Positions 10,277 to 19,542 of a stretch of DNA of 64,000 nucleotides are shown piece after piece. Every line of letters starts with the position of its first letter. Position 1 is the first letter of the stretch. This stretch comes from an uncultured Planctomycetia bacterium (GTDB lineage Bacteria > Omnitrophota > Gorgyraeia > Tantalellales > Tantalellaceae): positions 22,726-86,725 of the forward strand of contig CAYQUS010000001.1 in NCBI GenBank assembly GCA_964421015.1, written 5' to 3'. A program made the position numbers and the translations under genes. The notes below the pieces were generated by a model. It searched no databases. It was not told where the DNA came from and saw only the letters and a program-made list of their open reading frames with translations.

Positions 10277-10792
10277 TCAAGAAAATTTGGAGTCCTTGCG
10301 GGACTTCAGGAATTGAGATATCAGTTTCATATGTGAGGGGAACGGAATTGACGGTAGGCCAGAGATACCGAAAAACCTGGCCTCCTCCGCGTCATCACCG
10401 GCGACGGCATTATAACTGTCTACTCTGTATTCAAGCCCAATCATAAGAAGATGTCCATACATCGGACTTAAGTGCGTAGTAACTCCAACCTGCCCTACAA
10501 CCACTCCATCCAGTCCGGTCTCTTCCTTTAGTTCTCTGCGGCCCGCTTCCTCCGGGCTCTCTTCAAGCTCCAGGAATCCCCCGGGCAGGGCCCATTCTCC
10601 TTTTGACGGTTCTATCCCTCTTTTTATGAGAAGTATGTCCCTATCTGGACCGGGAACCAGACATGACACCACAGGCAAAGGGTTCCTGTAATTGACCCAC
10701 GAACACCCCGGGCACACAAGCCTCTGTCTTCCTTCCATTACCGCAGAAACAAGCTCTGTTCTGCAAAAAGGGCAGAATTTGAAATTTTTCAT
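10277..10792 (-). CDS. NUDIX hydrolase with N-terminal zinc-ribbon
   Basis: CPFC...CPGC zinc ribbon followed by the Nudix box [23 protein letters not shown]. Confidence 0.7.
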   Translation of the reverse strand: MKNFKFCPFCRTELVSAVMEGRQRLVCPGCSWVNYRNPLPVVSCLVPGPDRDILLIKRGIEPSKGEWALPGGFLELEESPEEAGRRELKEETGLDGVVVGQVGVTTHLSPMYGHLLMIGLEYRVDSYNAVAGDDAEEARFFGISGLPSIPFPSHMKLISQFLKSRKDSKFS

Positions 10793-12453
10793 TTATATTT
10801 AAAAACCGCGCCCGTAGAGGCAGAAGTGACCATCTTGGCGTACCTGTAAAGGTACCCTGTTTTTACACGGCACTCCGGCTCTTTCCATGAAGATAATCGC
10901 GATCTTATCTCTTTGTCCGGCACCATAAGCTCGAGTTTTTTCCCGGGAATATCTATTTTTATCCGATCCCCGTTCCTCACGGCAGCAATGACACCGCCTT
11001 CCGCGGCTTCGGGAGAGACATGGCCTATGGCAGCTCCTCTTGTCCCGCCTGAAAAACGCCCGTCCGTTATGAGAGCCACATCTTTATCGAGCCCCGCTCC
11101 CGCTATGGCCGCCGTAGGACCAAGCATCTCTCTCATTCCGGGTCCTCCTTTGGGACCCTCATAGCGAATAACGACCACATCGCCTTTTTTTATCTTCCCT
11201 GACATGATGGCTTTCATAGCGTCCTCTTCGGAGTCAAATACCCTGGCCGGCCCTTCATGCCTGAGCATGCTCTCATCGACAGCCGACTTCTTGACAACGG
11301 CTCCGTCTTTGGCAATGTTCCCGCTGAGTATCACAAGACCTCCATCAGGGGTATAGGGTCTGTCGACCGGCCTGATGACGCTGGTATCTATGTTCCGGCC
11401 CTCCTTTGCTATATCGCGTATCGTCTTCCCGGAAACGGTCTTGATCTCGGAATGCAGAAGATCCTTTTTCTGAAGCTCAGCCATAAGCGCCGAAATGCCT
11501 CCGGCTCTGTCTAGATCCTCCATGTGCTGGAACCCCGCGGGGGAAATACGGCAAAGGTTAGGTGTCCTGGCGCTTATTTTATTGAACACTCCCAGGTCTA
11601 GCTTTATTCCTGCTTCATTGGCTATCGCCGGAAGGTGCAAAACCGTATTAGTCGAACTTCCAAGAGCCATCTCCACGGTTATAGCGTTCTCAAAGGCCTT
11701 TTTGACCGCTATATCCCGGGGTTTGGTGTTCTTTTTCACGAGATCCATTACCGCCATCCCGGTCTCTTTTGCCAAACGCAGCCTTTTAGCCAGAACAGCG
11801 GGTATTGTTCCGTTGCCGGGAAGGCTCAAACCGAGAGCCTCGCTTATACAGTTCATTGAATTCGCCGTAAACATTCCGGAACATGATCCACAGCCTGGAC
11901 AAGCCGAATCCTCAAGCATGGTCATTTCTTTTTCGGTGATCTTGTTGGCCGCTCTGGCACCTACACCTTCGAACACGGTTATTAGATCCACCTGTTTGTT
12001 CTTGTGCCAACCCGCAAGCATGGGGCCTCCGCTTATAAGTATCGAGGGAACATTCACCCTCAACATCGCCATGAGCATCCCGGGTATTATCTTGTCACAG
12101 TCGCACACGAAAACCATCCCATCAAAGGGATATGCCGTTGCCATTATCTCTACAGAATCGGCGATGATCTCCCTTGAAGGCAGAGAATACTTCATCCCCT
12201 CATGCCCCATGGCTATCCCGTCGCAAACGCCTATGGTATTGAACTCCATCGGGGTACCCCCCGCCATCCTTACGCCGGATTTCACCGCTTCCGCTATCCC
12301 GCCTAGATGGGAGTGCCCCGGAATGACCTCATTGAAAGAATTGGCTATACCTATTATCGGTCGGCGTATTTCTTCGTCAGTATAAGACAACGCCTTTAGA
12401 AGGGACCTGTGCGGAGCCCGTTCGCGTCCCTTTTTCATCCTGTCGGATCTCAT
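10789..12453 (-). CDS. ilvD: dihydroxy-acid dehydratase
   Basis: ILVD/EDD family signature CDKIIPG, with a Cys cluster ([16 protein letters not shown]) for the Fe-S centre, 554 aa. Confidence 0.9.
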   Translation of the reverse strand: MRSDRMKKGRERAPHRSLLKALSYTDEEIRRPIIGIANSFNEVIPGHSHLGGIAEAVKSGVRMAGGTPMEFNTIGVCDGIAMGHEGMKYSLPSREIIADSVEIMATAYPFDGMVFVCDCDKIIPGMLMAMLRVNVPSILISGGPMLAGWHKNKQVDLITVFEGVGARAANKITEKEMTMLEDSACPGCGSCSGMFTANSMNCISEALGLSLPGNGTIPAVLAKRLRLAKETGMAVMDLVKKNTKPRDIAVKKAFENAITVEMALGSSTNTVLHLPAIANEAGIKLDLGVFNKISARTPNLCRISPAGFQHMEDLDRAGGISALMAELQKKDLLHSEIKTVSGKTIRDIAKEGRNIDTSVIRPVDRPYTPDGGLVILSGNIAKDGAVVKKSAVDESMLRHEGPARVFDSEEDAMKAIMSGKIKKGDVVVIRYEGPKGGPGMREMLGPTAAIAGAGLDKDVALITDGRFSGGTRGAAIGHVSPEAAEGGVIAAVRNGDRIKIDIPGKKLELMVPDKEIRSRLSSWKEPECRVKTGYLYRYAKMVTSASTGAVFKYK

Positions 12454-12495
12454 CTTTAGCCCTCCTGTTTTTATATATCGCCTAAAGTTTAACCC

Positions 12496-13449
12496 CTACT
12501 TGTAGGCTATACCCTTGATGTCCTCTACGAATTTCTGGCTCGAAAAAGCCGCTGTGGCGCCGTCACCCGCGGCCGTAACAACCTGATGAAGAACTTTACT
12601 GGTACAGTCCCCGCAGGCGAAAAGACCGTCCACGGAAGATCTCATAGCTGCGTCCACCTTAACGCTGCCGCCCTTATCTGTTTCTACAAGCCCGGCGAGA
12701 AAATCGGTGTTGGGTTTCCATCCGACAAAAACAAAAACTCCTCGGCACTTCACCGTGGAAACATCCCCGCTCTTAACGTTCTGTATCACGACACCGGTAA
12801 CGTTACTGTCCCCCTCGATCGTCTGGACTACGGAATCCCACGCGAAACCTATCTTGCCCGAAGACCGGGCCCTCTCCTCAAGTATTTTCGCGCTTCTAAG
12901 CCTGTCCCTCCTGTGTATTATGGTCACCCGGGACGCGAAACGCGTAAGATATACCGCTTCTTCGACAGCGGTGTCCCCGCCGCCGACCACTACCACGTCC
13001 ATGTTCTTGAAAAACGGGCCGTCGCATGTGGCGCAGTACGAAACTCCCTTACCGGAGAACTCATCTTCGCCGGGAACTCCGAGCTTCCTCGACCTAGCCC
13101 CGGAAGCCACGATAACCGATATGGCCTCATACTCTCCCGAATCCGTATGGACCGTAAATAAACGTTCTTTTCCGGAGCCCTTCACGGAAACGGAATTCAC
13201 AGTCGCCTGGGCGATCTCCAGCCCGAAACTCTCTGCCTGTTTTTTAAAGCCATCGACAAGTTCGTACCCGGAACATTTTGCCACACCGGGATAATTCTCG
13301 ATGGTATCGGTCATAGTAGCCTGCCCCATGACGGAAAAACTCTCCAGCAAAAGAACATTCATTCTGGCCCTTGCCGAATACATACCCGCGGTAAGACCGG
13401 CCGGGCCTCCTCCTATTATCACTATGTCTTTTATCTTTCCGTTGTTCAT
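12496..13449 (-). CDS. trxB: thioredoxin-disulfide reductase
   Basis: FAD motif IIGGGPAG, redox-active CATC motif (SYCATCDG) and NADPH motif VVGGGDTA. Confidence 0.85.
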   Translation of the reverse strand: MNNGKIKDIVIIGGGPAGLTAGMYSARARMNVLLLESFSVMGQATMTDTIENYPGVAKCSGYELVDGFKKQAESFGLEIAQATVNSVSVKGSGKERLFTVHTDSGEYEAISVIVASGARSRKLGVPGEDEFSGKGVSYCATCDGPFFKNMDVVVVGGGDTAVEEAVYLTRFASRVTIIHRRDRLRSAKILEERARSSGKIGFAWDSVVQTIEGDSNVTGVVIQNVKSGDVSTVKCRGVFVFVGWKPNTDFLAGLVETDKGGSVKVDAAMRSSVDGLFACGDCTSKVLHQVVTAAGDGATAAFSSQKFVEDIKGIAYK

Positions 13450-13455
13450 AATGCC

Positions 13456-14166
13456 CTACAGCTGTATGATATGCCCCGCCTTTACAGGGATGAAATTCTC
13501 ATGATATTTCCCGCTGAATATCCTCCTGGACTTTTCTCCCGTACAGTGGCATGGCCCTACCTTGAGCACGCCCATTTCCTTTAAGCTTTCTATGACCTTC
13601 CCGACATCATCCCTCTTGGTGTCTTCCAGATGAAATCCGCCGAAGACCATATAGATCTTTTTCAGGCTCATTTCCTTTTTTATGGAAGAAACTACCTCAA
13701 CTACCCCGGGATGAGCGCAGCCCGTGACCACAGAAACGCCTTTTTGCCCCTTCACGACAAGAGCCTGTTCACCTATAGGTTCCCCTTTGTAGAGCCCCGT
13801 TATTTCTCCGGTCACAAAAATATTTTTGGCTATTTCGGTTGGTTTGGCCGGGAAATGTAGTTTTCCCCCGAGCTCTTTAACTCCCTTTTTGAATTCTTCG
13901 CTGAAAGACCTGCAAGCGTACACTTTTACTCCCTTGCGGGCACGGAGGATCTCCCACAAACCTCCGGTATGGTCCCAATGATCGTGAGAAATAACCACCG
14001 ACTCGACATCTTCAGCCGATACCATCAGCCTTGACATGTTCTCCATCAAGGGATTTGCGTCGGGACCGGTATCAAAAAGCACCTTTCCGTCAAAAAGGCA
14101 GGAAAACCCCCACCCCGATCTAAGGCCTCTGCGAGCCTTGTTATCAAAAATGACCTTGGCGTACAT
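13456..14166 (-). CDS. MBL-fold metallo-hydrolase (COG1237-like)
   Basis: HxHxDH metal-binding motif (ISHDHWDHTGG) and further His ligands (CAHPG, GGFHL). Confidence 0.7.
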   Translation of the reverse strand: MYAKVIFDNKARRGLRSGWGFSCLFDGKVLFDTGPDANPLMENMSRLMVSAEDVESVVISHDHWDHTGGLWEILRARKGVKVYACRSFSEEFKKGVKELGGKLHFPAKPTEIAKNIFVTGEITGLYKGEPIGEQALVVKGQKGVSVVTGCAHPGVVEVVSSIKKEMSLKKIYMVFGGFHLEDTKRDDVGKVIESLKEMGVLKVGPCHCTGEKSRRIFSGKYHENFIPVKAGHIIQL

Positions 14167-14174
14167 TTTTAGTT

Positions 14175-14891
14175 TTACCCTCTCTTTCTCGGCCCGAATA
14201 TCCCGGTGCCTATTCGGACAATATTTGCGCCTTCCTCAATAGCGATACTATAAGAATCAGACATCCCCATGGAAAGCCATCTGAGATCGGCCCCTTCAAT
14301 ATTGACGGACTTTATGCGGTCAAAAAGATCCCGTGTTTGCCTGAAAAAGGGCCTTATCTCTTCAACTCGCTCCGTCAAAGGCCCCATAGTCATAAGCCCG
14401 CTGACCTTTAAATTTTTAAGCGACGCCGCCAGGATTACAAGCTCCTCGGCCTTTTCGGGAAATACACCGGCCTTGTTAGCTTCGCGCGCGCTGTTCACTT
14501 CTATAAAAACCTTCATTGTCCTTGAAATTTCACGGCACCTTTTGTCGATCTCTATAGCCATCTCAGGCGAATCCACCGTCTCTATAAGATCGAAAACTTC
14601 CACCGCTTTTTTAACTTTATTCCGCTGAAGGTGCCCGATAAAATGAAGTTTTACCCGGGGAGGAAGATGCGGCTTAAGACTGACCGCTTCCTGTAAATAA
14701 TTCTCCCCTATAATGCTTATCCCGGCCTCCACGGCGGCGATAACCTCATCGGAGGTCCTGGTCTTGGCGGCCGCGACCACTTCTATCCCCTCGGGGACCC
14801 CGCGCAGAAGCCTCAAAACATTTTCTTTGATTTTCACGTGCCTATCTTCCATAAATCCGAACATTATATAACCACCGGAAGTTTTAGACAA
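14175..14891 (-). CDS. yggS: YggS-family pyridoxal-phosphate homeostasis protein
   Basis: Single alanine-racemase N-terminal-like TIM barrel, PLP-Lys in VAAAKTR. Confidence 0.8.
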   Translation of the reverse strand: MSKTSGGYIMFGFMEDRHVKIKENVLRLLRGVPEGIEVVAAAKTRTSDEVIAAVEAGISIIGENYLQEAVSLKPHLPPRVKLHFIGHLQRNKVKKAVEVFDLIETVDSPEMAIEIDKRCREISRTMKVFIEVNSAREANKAGVFPEKAEELVILAASLKNLKVSGLMTMGPLTERVEEIRPFFRQTRDLFDRIKSVNIEGADLRWLSMGMSDSYSIAIEEGANIVRIGTGIFGPRKRG

Positions 14892-14951
14892 GTTTTATGG
14901 GGAAAGTCCCGGAAAAATCACAAGGCATCCTGTGACCCGCGCCAAAAACAT

Positions 14952-15746
14952 CTATTTGGATCCGATGGAAGATCTTATATCCCGCACCCTGGACCGCAAC
15001 GTCTCCGCCTCAGGAAAAAGTTCCAGTATCCGAACCATGGTTTCCAGGGCTTTCGTTTCCTCCCTCAGCTCAAGGTAAGAATATGCCAGGGGTGTCAGAA
15101 CCTTTCGTTCATCGAACTTATCATGGTCAGATGCTTCGAGAAGATGCCGCGCTCTTTCAAGAGACCTAACAGCGCTTACGTAGTCGTGCAGGTCTTCATA
15201 GAACAGAGTCCCCATATCAGCGTACAACTCCCATGAATCGGGGTTATTAGCTATCCCCTTTCTGAGAAAAGAAACCGCTTCTTCCACCCGGCCGAATCTG
15301 TCAGCAAGGTAATACGCCGTTACAGTATAAATAGAAATATTCCCGGGATCGATCTTATTAGCGTAATAGAGCCATGGCAGGATCTCCTTAAGGTCCTCGG
15401 TGCCGAGATGAGAGTGGGCCTCTATGGAAAGCCCTTTAGATATTTTTAAGAGCGGATCCCGGTCAACCCGGCTTTTTCTAATGCTTCCTGACTGAGTTTT
15501 TACATGAATATCATCGGTAGTTCCGTTCGCGTCCACAGAGTTGTGGAATTGATCGCAACTCTCTCCGTGGGGAAGCGTCACTCCTCTATGAAAATAATTA
15601 TCCGCCTGGGCAAAAGCGATATTCGAAACTATATTCCTTGTTTCCCCTAAGACTTTGTCTATGAAAGACCCTGTCCCGTGACACGAAACTCCCCCTGCGT
15701 GGTATTCGGAGTCTATCCTGAAGGCTAGAAAAAAAACGGAAAACAT
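14952..15746 (-). CDS. membrane-anchored TPR-repeat protein
   Basis: One N-terminal TM helix and a helical-repeat (TPR-like) C-terminus. The track start at 15890 overlaps the upstream permease, so the start was moved to the ATG at 15746. Confidence 0.45.
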   Translation of the reverse strand: MFSVFFLAFRIDSEYHAGGVSCHGTGSFIDKVLGETRNIVSNIAFAQADNYFHRGVTLPHGESCDQFHNSVDANGTTDDIHVKTQSGSIRKSRVDRDPLLKISKGLSIEAHSHLGTEDLKEILPWLYYANKIDPGNISIYTVTAYYLADRFGRVEEAVSFLRKGIANNPDSWELYADMGTLFYEDLHDYVSAVRSLERARHLLEASDHDKFDERKVLTPLAYSYLELREETKALETMVRILELFPEAETLRSRVRDIRSSIGSK

Positions 15747-15778
15747 CAAAAAAAGACTGGTAATCGTAGACTTTAAGC

Positions 15779-16549
15779 TCAAAGCCCTCTCCTGCGAAAG
15801 ATCTCCCCGGAAAGCGTAACAAGAAAAGCTGAAAAAAGAAAGGTATACAGCGTTATGGAACACATAAGAGCCAAAGTCAATGGTTCCCATGCGTGCACTA
15901 TCCTGGATCTTACATCATAAAATTCGAAATGTGGAAAAATGTAATACAAAACACCATAGACCACAGCCCATGCCCCTTTAGAAAAAACATAGAGATCCCT
16001 GAATTGAGACGATAAGTTCACGCTGGTCGCATAAAAAATAAAAGCAAGGGTAATCCCCGCGGACAAGGTGAGAAATGTTGTCAGAAAAACACTCAAGGAA
16101 CACACTAAAGCCATCAGCAGGACTCCCAGAATGTAACTCTGTACCAATGGCAGATAATTTCCCGCGGGTCCTGAAACTACATAAAAAAAAATGAAAACGG
16201 CATAAAAAGCAGAAAAAGACACTATCGAAGCGAACAGGCCGCCGAAAAATTTAGAAACTATTACCATTCGCCTGCTTATTGGTTTTGCCAGAAGAGGGTA
16301 TATCGTCTTGGATTCCAGCTCGGATGGCATTTGCCTGGCGGAAATGATCACGGCAAGAACAACGGAAAAAAATATCGCGAGGGAATACCCCATATCTATA
16401 ACGTAGCGGTAAGAATCCTTGACTCCGAAAAATGACTGTGAAGCCATAAATCCCAGAAAAACAGGCATAAGGAAAAGTATCACGTAGAAATCCTTTTTCC
16501 TCAGAAGTTCTTTGACCGTAACCCGGATCATTGCGGATATCTGTCTCAT
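15779..16549 (-). CDS. ABC-2 family transporter permease
   Basis: Six-TM hydrophobic profile, 4-nt overlap with the upstream ATPase gene. Confidence 0.6.
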   Translation of the reverse strand: MRQISAMIRVTVKELLRKKDFYVILFLMPVFLGFMASQSFFGVKDSYRYVIDMGYSLAIFFSVVLAVIISARQMPSELESKTIYPLLAKPISRRMVIVSKFFGGLFASIVSFSAFYAVFIFFYVVSGPAGNYLPLVQSYILGVLLMALVCSLSVFLTTFLTLSAGITLAFIFYATSVNLSSQFRDLYVFSKGAWAVVYGVLYYIFPHFEFYDVRSRIVHAWEPLTLALMCSITLYTFLFSAFLVTLSGEIFRRRGL

Positions 16550-17292
16550 TCCTGCTCTCCTATCAACTGGAGAAAATAGTTTTCGAGCGTCTGCCCGCTG
16601 AGTTTTCCTCCCAAAAGTTCCGACACGTTCCCCATAGCGACTATCTTGCCCTTGTCTATCACACCTATCCGGTCCGCCACAAGTTCCACCTCAGAAAGTT
16701 CATGTGACGAAAAGAACACTGTTTTCCCTGCCCCGCGAAGATCGGAAATGACTTTCCGCATATTCTTCCGAGCTATCGGGTCAAGCCCGCCGGTAGGCTC
16801 ATCAAGGACTAGAAACTCAGGATCGTTAATAAGAGCCTGGGCGAAACTAACCTTCTGCATCATGCCTTTGGAAAAAGTATTAAGAGGTTTGTTAGCTTGC
16901 CGGGACAGCCCCACCATATCGATAAGCTTCCTTGTCCGCTCTCTGATCAAGCTGCGGTCTACAGAACATATTTCGCCGTACATCTCAAGTAATTCCACCG
17001 GAGAAAGAAACCCGTAGTAAACCGCGTTCTCCGGCATGTATCCAATGCGGGTTCTGGACGAACTTTTAGAAGGGGAAGATCCAAGGACAGAGACAGATTT
17101 GTTTTTATCGGGGATTATTCCAAGAATATGTTTTATCGTTGTGGTTTTCCCTGCGCCGTTAGGTCCGATAAAACCAAAGACCTCGCCTTTTTTTACCTCA
17201 AGGGTTATCCCGCGTAAAACCTCATATCGCCTTTTCCCGGCGCTATACGAGTATCTTAGGTCATTGATAGCGAGTATACTTCCCATAAACAT
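16546..17292 (-). CDS. ABC transporter ATP-binding protein
   Basis: Walker A GPNGAGKTT, ABC signature LSGG (FSKGMMQKVSF variant), Walker B LVLDEPTGGLD and an H-loop. Confidence 0.85.
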   Translation of the reverse strand: MFMGSILAINDLRYSYSAGKRRYEVLRGITLEVKKGEVFGFIGPNGAGKTTTIKHILGIIPDKNKSVSVLGSSPSKSSSRTRIGYMPENAVYYGFLSPVELLEMYGEICSVDRSLIRERTRKLIDMVGLSRQANKPLNTFSKGMMQKVSFAQALINDPEFLVLDEPTGGLDPIARKNMRKVISDLRGAGKTVFFSSHELSEVELVADRIGVIDKGKIVAMGNVSELLGGKLSGQTLENYFLQLIGEQE

Positions 17293-17311
17293 CCCGAGAG
17301 ATAGGATAGAA

Positions 17312-17692
17312 TTTTCAAAGCGGGACTATAAGCCGGGTTCTGTGTCCGCCGTAGCGAACGGCAGCCATCCATCTAGGCGGGACATTACTGCCCCGCTCAA
17401 GCGACCTACCCGGGAGTTTCAGACCTTAAAAGGCCAGCGAGACTAGCCGCCTCGCGTGGCGATCATCCGTACGTTCCGGAATTCGCCGCTCCTCCCCTAT
17501 TTGGTTTTGCTCCGCGTAGAGATTGCCTCGTTTCACCTTTCCCTTGGGAAAGCTCGTCTCTGTTGCTCTTATCCTCACCTTACGGTGGACGGGTGTTACC
17601 CGCTACGCCGCTATGTGGAGCCCGGACTTTCCTCTCCGGAATTTTTCGCGCGCGAAAAATTTTCCGAAGCGACTGCCCGTCCCGCTTTGTTT
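17312..17692 (-). ncRNA. rnpB: RNase P RNA, bacterial type A
   Basis: The minus strand carries GGAAAGUCCGGGCUCC (the P4 5' strand) and ACAGAACCCGGCUUAU (the P4 3' strand). P1 pairs AAAGCGGGAC with GUCCCGCUUU, and P3 is the hairpin CUUCGGAAAAUUUUUCGCG/CGCGAAAAAUUCCGGAG. Length is about 380 nt. Track ORFs 17036-17446, 17456-17854 and 17523-18080 overlap it and are spurious. Confidence 0.85.
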
Positions 17693-17702
17693 TTATCGTT
17701 TT

Positions 17703-18131
17703 CTAAAAAAGAACTCTGGAATCAAGAGCCTGATTGGCCAGGGAATCCGCTTCGGAATTTTTTTCTCTTGGGATCTCATGTATCGATACATCCTGAAAAC
17801 CCCGGAACAGGTTCTTGGCTATGTCAAAAAAAACTTTCATTTTGGCGTCTCTGACCTTGTATGTCCCTTTAAGCTGCCGTGCCACAAGCTGGCTGTCTGT
17901 ATTGACAGATACCCTCTCGGCACCTGCGAAAAACGCTTCCTGCAGACCGTATATGAGAGCCAGATACTCCGCCACATTATTGGTGGTCTCGCCGACATAT
18001 CGGGAGATTTCGTTTATCTTCTGTCCGGAAGAAGAATACAGCACGGCTCCTACCGCTCCCGGCCCAGGATTCCCTCTTGAAGCGCCGTCTATAAAAAGAA
18101 CAACTTCCGGAGAACCGTCAATTTTCCGCAT
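17703..18131 (-). CDS. rnhA: ribonuclease HI
   Basis: RNase H motifs FIDGASRGNPGPGAVGAV and TNNVAEYLALIYGL. The track start at 18176 is a TTG, so the start was moved to the ATG at 18131 behind GAGGA. Confidence 0.85.
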   Translation of the reverse strand: MRKIDGSPEVVLFIDGASRGNPGPGAVGAVLYSSSGQKINEISRYVGETTNNVAEYLALIYGLQEAFFAGAERVSVNTDSQLVARQLKGTYKVRDAKMKVFFDIAKNLFRGFQDVSIHEIPREKNSEADSLANQALDSRVLF

Positions 18132-18843
18132 ACAATATCCTCGAACAGCTTTCGCAAAACACAAGGTTTTTCCCAAGCCTGGACTCGTTTATTATCTGCG
18201 GGCGAAGATGCATATTGCATTCTCCGCAGAATTCTCCCTTTACCGTGGCGACCGCTGTCCTGCCCCATTTGTCCAATATTTTCCTGTACTGTACCAGAAC
18301 ATCAGGATCGATCTGGGCAGCCAGTTTATCCCTGCGTGACACATGCCCCGAAAGCTCGGCAGCAAGATCCTTTTCCTTGGATCTGATAGTTTCTTTTTCC
18401 TTGTCGGAGACACTGGCCTCCGCGTCGAATTTTTTCTTTTCCTCCTCTAACCTGGCTTTGGCTGATTCTATCGAATCGAAAAGTTCCAAAAGCGAGTCCT
18501 CCGTAACGGAAATATCGGCTTTGATGCTGCCTATCTCCTGCTGTAAGGACTGAAACTCCTTATTATTTTTGATACCGTACAAGTCCGACTGATATTTCTT
18601 TATCTTAGCCTCTTTAGACGAAATGTCGGTCTCTTTTTCATTTTTCAATACCTGCAGCTTCTTAAGCTCGCTTTCCGCTTCCTGCATCTCCTTTTTTTTG
18701 AGCTCAAGAGATTCCTGCATTCTGGATATCTTTGCCGGAAATTCCTCAAGCATCGAACGCGTATCGAAGATCAGACAATCCACAGCCTGCAGATCAATGA
18801 GTTTCCTCAACTCTTCCTTAATATCCTTATGATTGCTTTCCAT
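18118..18843 (-). CDS. C4 zinc-ribbon coiled-coil protein (COG1579 family)
   Basis: Long coiled-coil followed by the C-terminal CGEC...CESC zinc ribbon. The track start at 18891 is a TTG abutting tRNA-Val, so the ATG at 18843 was used. Confidence 0.65.
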   Translation of the reverse strand: MESNHKDIKEELRKLIDLQAVDCLIFDTRSMLEEFPAKISRMQESLELKKKEMQEAESELKKLQVLKNEKETDISSKEAKIKKYQSDLYGIKNNKEFQSLQQEIGSIKADISVTEDSLLELFDSIESAKARLEEEKKKFDAEASVSDKEKETIRSKEKDLAAELSGHVSRRDKLAAQIDPDVLVQYRKILDKWGRTAVATVKGEFCGECNMHLRPQIINESRLGKNLVFCESCSRILYAEN

Positions 18844-18898
18844 CACGCTCCGGTTGTTGTTTTTTCCGCCGTTCGGTCGGAAAAATGGCAAGAAAATA

Positions 18899-18975
18899 TG
18901 GTGGGCGCAGGGGGACTCGAACCTCCGACCTCATGCATGTGAGGCATGCGCTCTAACCAGCTGAGCTATGCGCCC
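18899..18975 (-). tRNA. tRNA-Val (anticodon CAC)
   Basis: Minus strand GGGCGCAUAGCUCAGCUGGUUAGAGCGCAUGCCUCACAUGCAUGAGGUCGGAGGUUCGAGUCCCCCUGCGCCCACCA. Cloverleaf checked by hand, anticodon loop cuCACau, CCA encoded. Confidence 0.85.
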
Positions 18976-19074
18976 GGGACAGCAGAATTATATCAGAAAC
19001 TTACAAACGGGACAAGGTTTTTACCCCATAAGCACACAGCCCTCGTTCCGTTTAGCGGACAGAGGGCTGTTAAA

Positions 19075-19151
19075 TGGTGGGGGCACATGGACTTGAACCA
19101 TGGACCTACTGATTATGAGTCAGTTGCTCTAACCAGCTGAGCTATGCCCCC
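19075..19151 (-). tRNA. tRNA-Met/Ile2 (anticodon CAT), elongator type
   Basis: Minus strand GGGGGCAUAGCUCAGCUGGUUAGAGCAACUGACUCAUAAUCAGUAGGUCCAUGGUUCAAGUCCAUGUGCCCCCACCA. G1-C72 and a non-GGG anticodon stem make it elongator Met or lysidine Ile2. CCA encoded. Confidence 0.8.
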
Positions 19152-19231
19152 CCTTTGAGCGCGCATTTTATCATAATCCGGACAAGGATTTCAAGATTTT
19201 TTTCCGGGAAACAGTACTGCCTTATAAAAGC

Positions 19232-19258
19232 GAAGGGCCCGCTTTAAGCGGGCCCTTC
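19232..19258 (-). terminator. intrinsic terminator hairpin downstream of the small K-rich gene
   Basis: Perfect 11-bp stem gaagggcccgc/gcgggcccttc around a 5-nt loop. On the minus strand it is followed by GCUUUUAU. Confidence 0.5.
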
Positions 19259-19277
19259 AAAACATCCGTTCTTATTT

Positions 19278-19379
19278 CTACTTTTTCTTTTTCTTGGCTA
19301 CTTTTTTCTTGGCCACTTTTTTCTTGGCAACTTTTTTCTTCGCTACCTTTTTCTTAGCTGCTTTTTTCTTCACCACCAT
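19278..19379 (-). CDS. 33-aa lysine/alanine-rich basic protein with tandem AKKKV repeats (histone-H1-tail-like); not in the ORF track
   Basis: Minus-strand ATG GTG GTG AAG AAA AAA GCA GCT ... AAG AAA AAG TAG translates to MVVKKKAAKKKVAKKKVAKKKVAKKKVAKKKKK. GGGGGGAG lies 5 nt upstream of the ATG. There is an in-frame stop 9 codons upstream with no alternative start, and a terminator hairpin just downstream. Confidence 0.55.
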   Translation of the reverse strand: MVVKKKAAKKKVAKKKVAKKKVAKKKVAKKKKK

Positions 19380-19433
19380 TTTGCTCCCCCCTTTGTTGTT
19401 TTAAAATTTTTGTTCGTGACTCATTTTGTTTTA

Positions 19434-19461
19434 AATATACATTATTTTTTTTTATTTGCAA
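19434..19461 (-). promoter_or_regulatory. putative sigma70-type promoter for the small K-rich gene
   Basis: Minus strand TTGCAA, 16-nt A-rich spacer, TATATT, about 50 nt upstream of the ATG in an AT-rich intergenic region. Confidence 0.3.
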
Positions 19462-19542
19462 GGGACCGCGGCAAAAAAAATGATTTTTTCTCTCCGTCAA
19501 TTTTCGTAAACGCTACACGGGATTTTGTAACTCTGAAATATT

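Noticed and set aside
17036-18080. Three plus-strand ORFs (136, 132 and 185 aa) in the rnhA-ABC spacer
   Set aside because: They overlap the RNase P RNA gene on the opposite strand. They have no motifs and are spurious.
18946-19140. 64-aa plus-strand ORF
   Set aside because: It spans the tRNA-Val and tRNA-Met genes antisense, so it is not coding.
19281-19375. Short tandem nucleotide repeat (cttttttcttggc...) that could be taken for a CRISPR-like or minisatellite array
   Set aside because: The period is 15 nt, there are no spacers and no cas genes. On the minus strand it reads in frame as AKKKV codons with start, SD and terminator, so it is a coding repeat.
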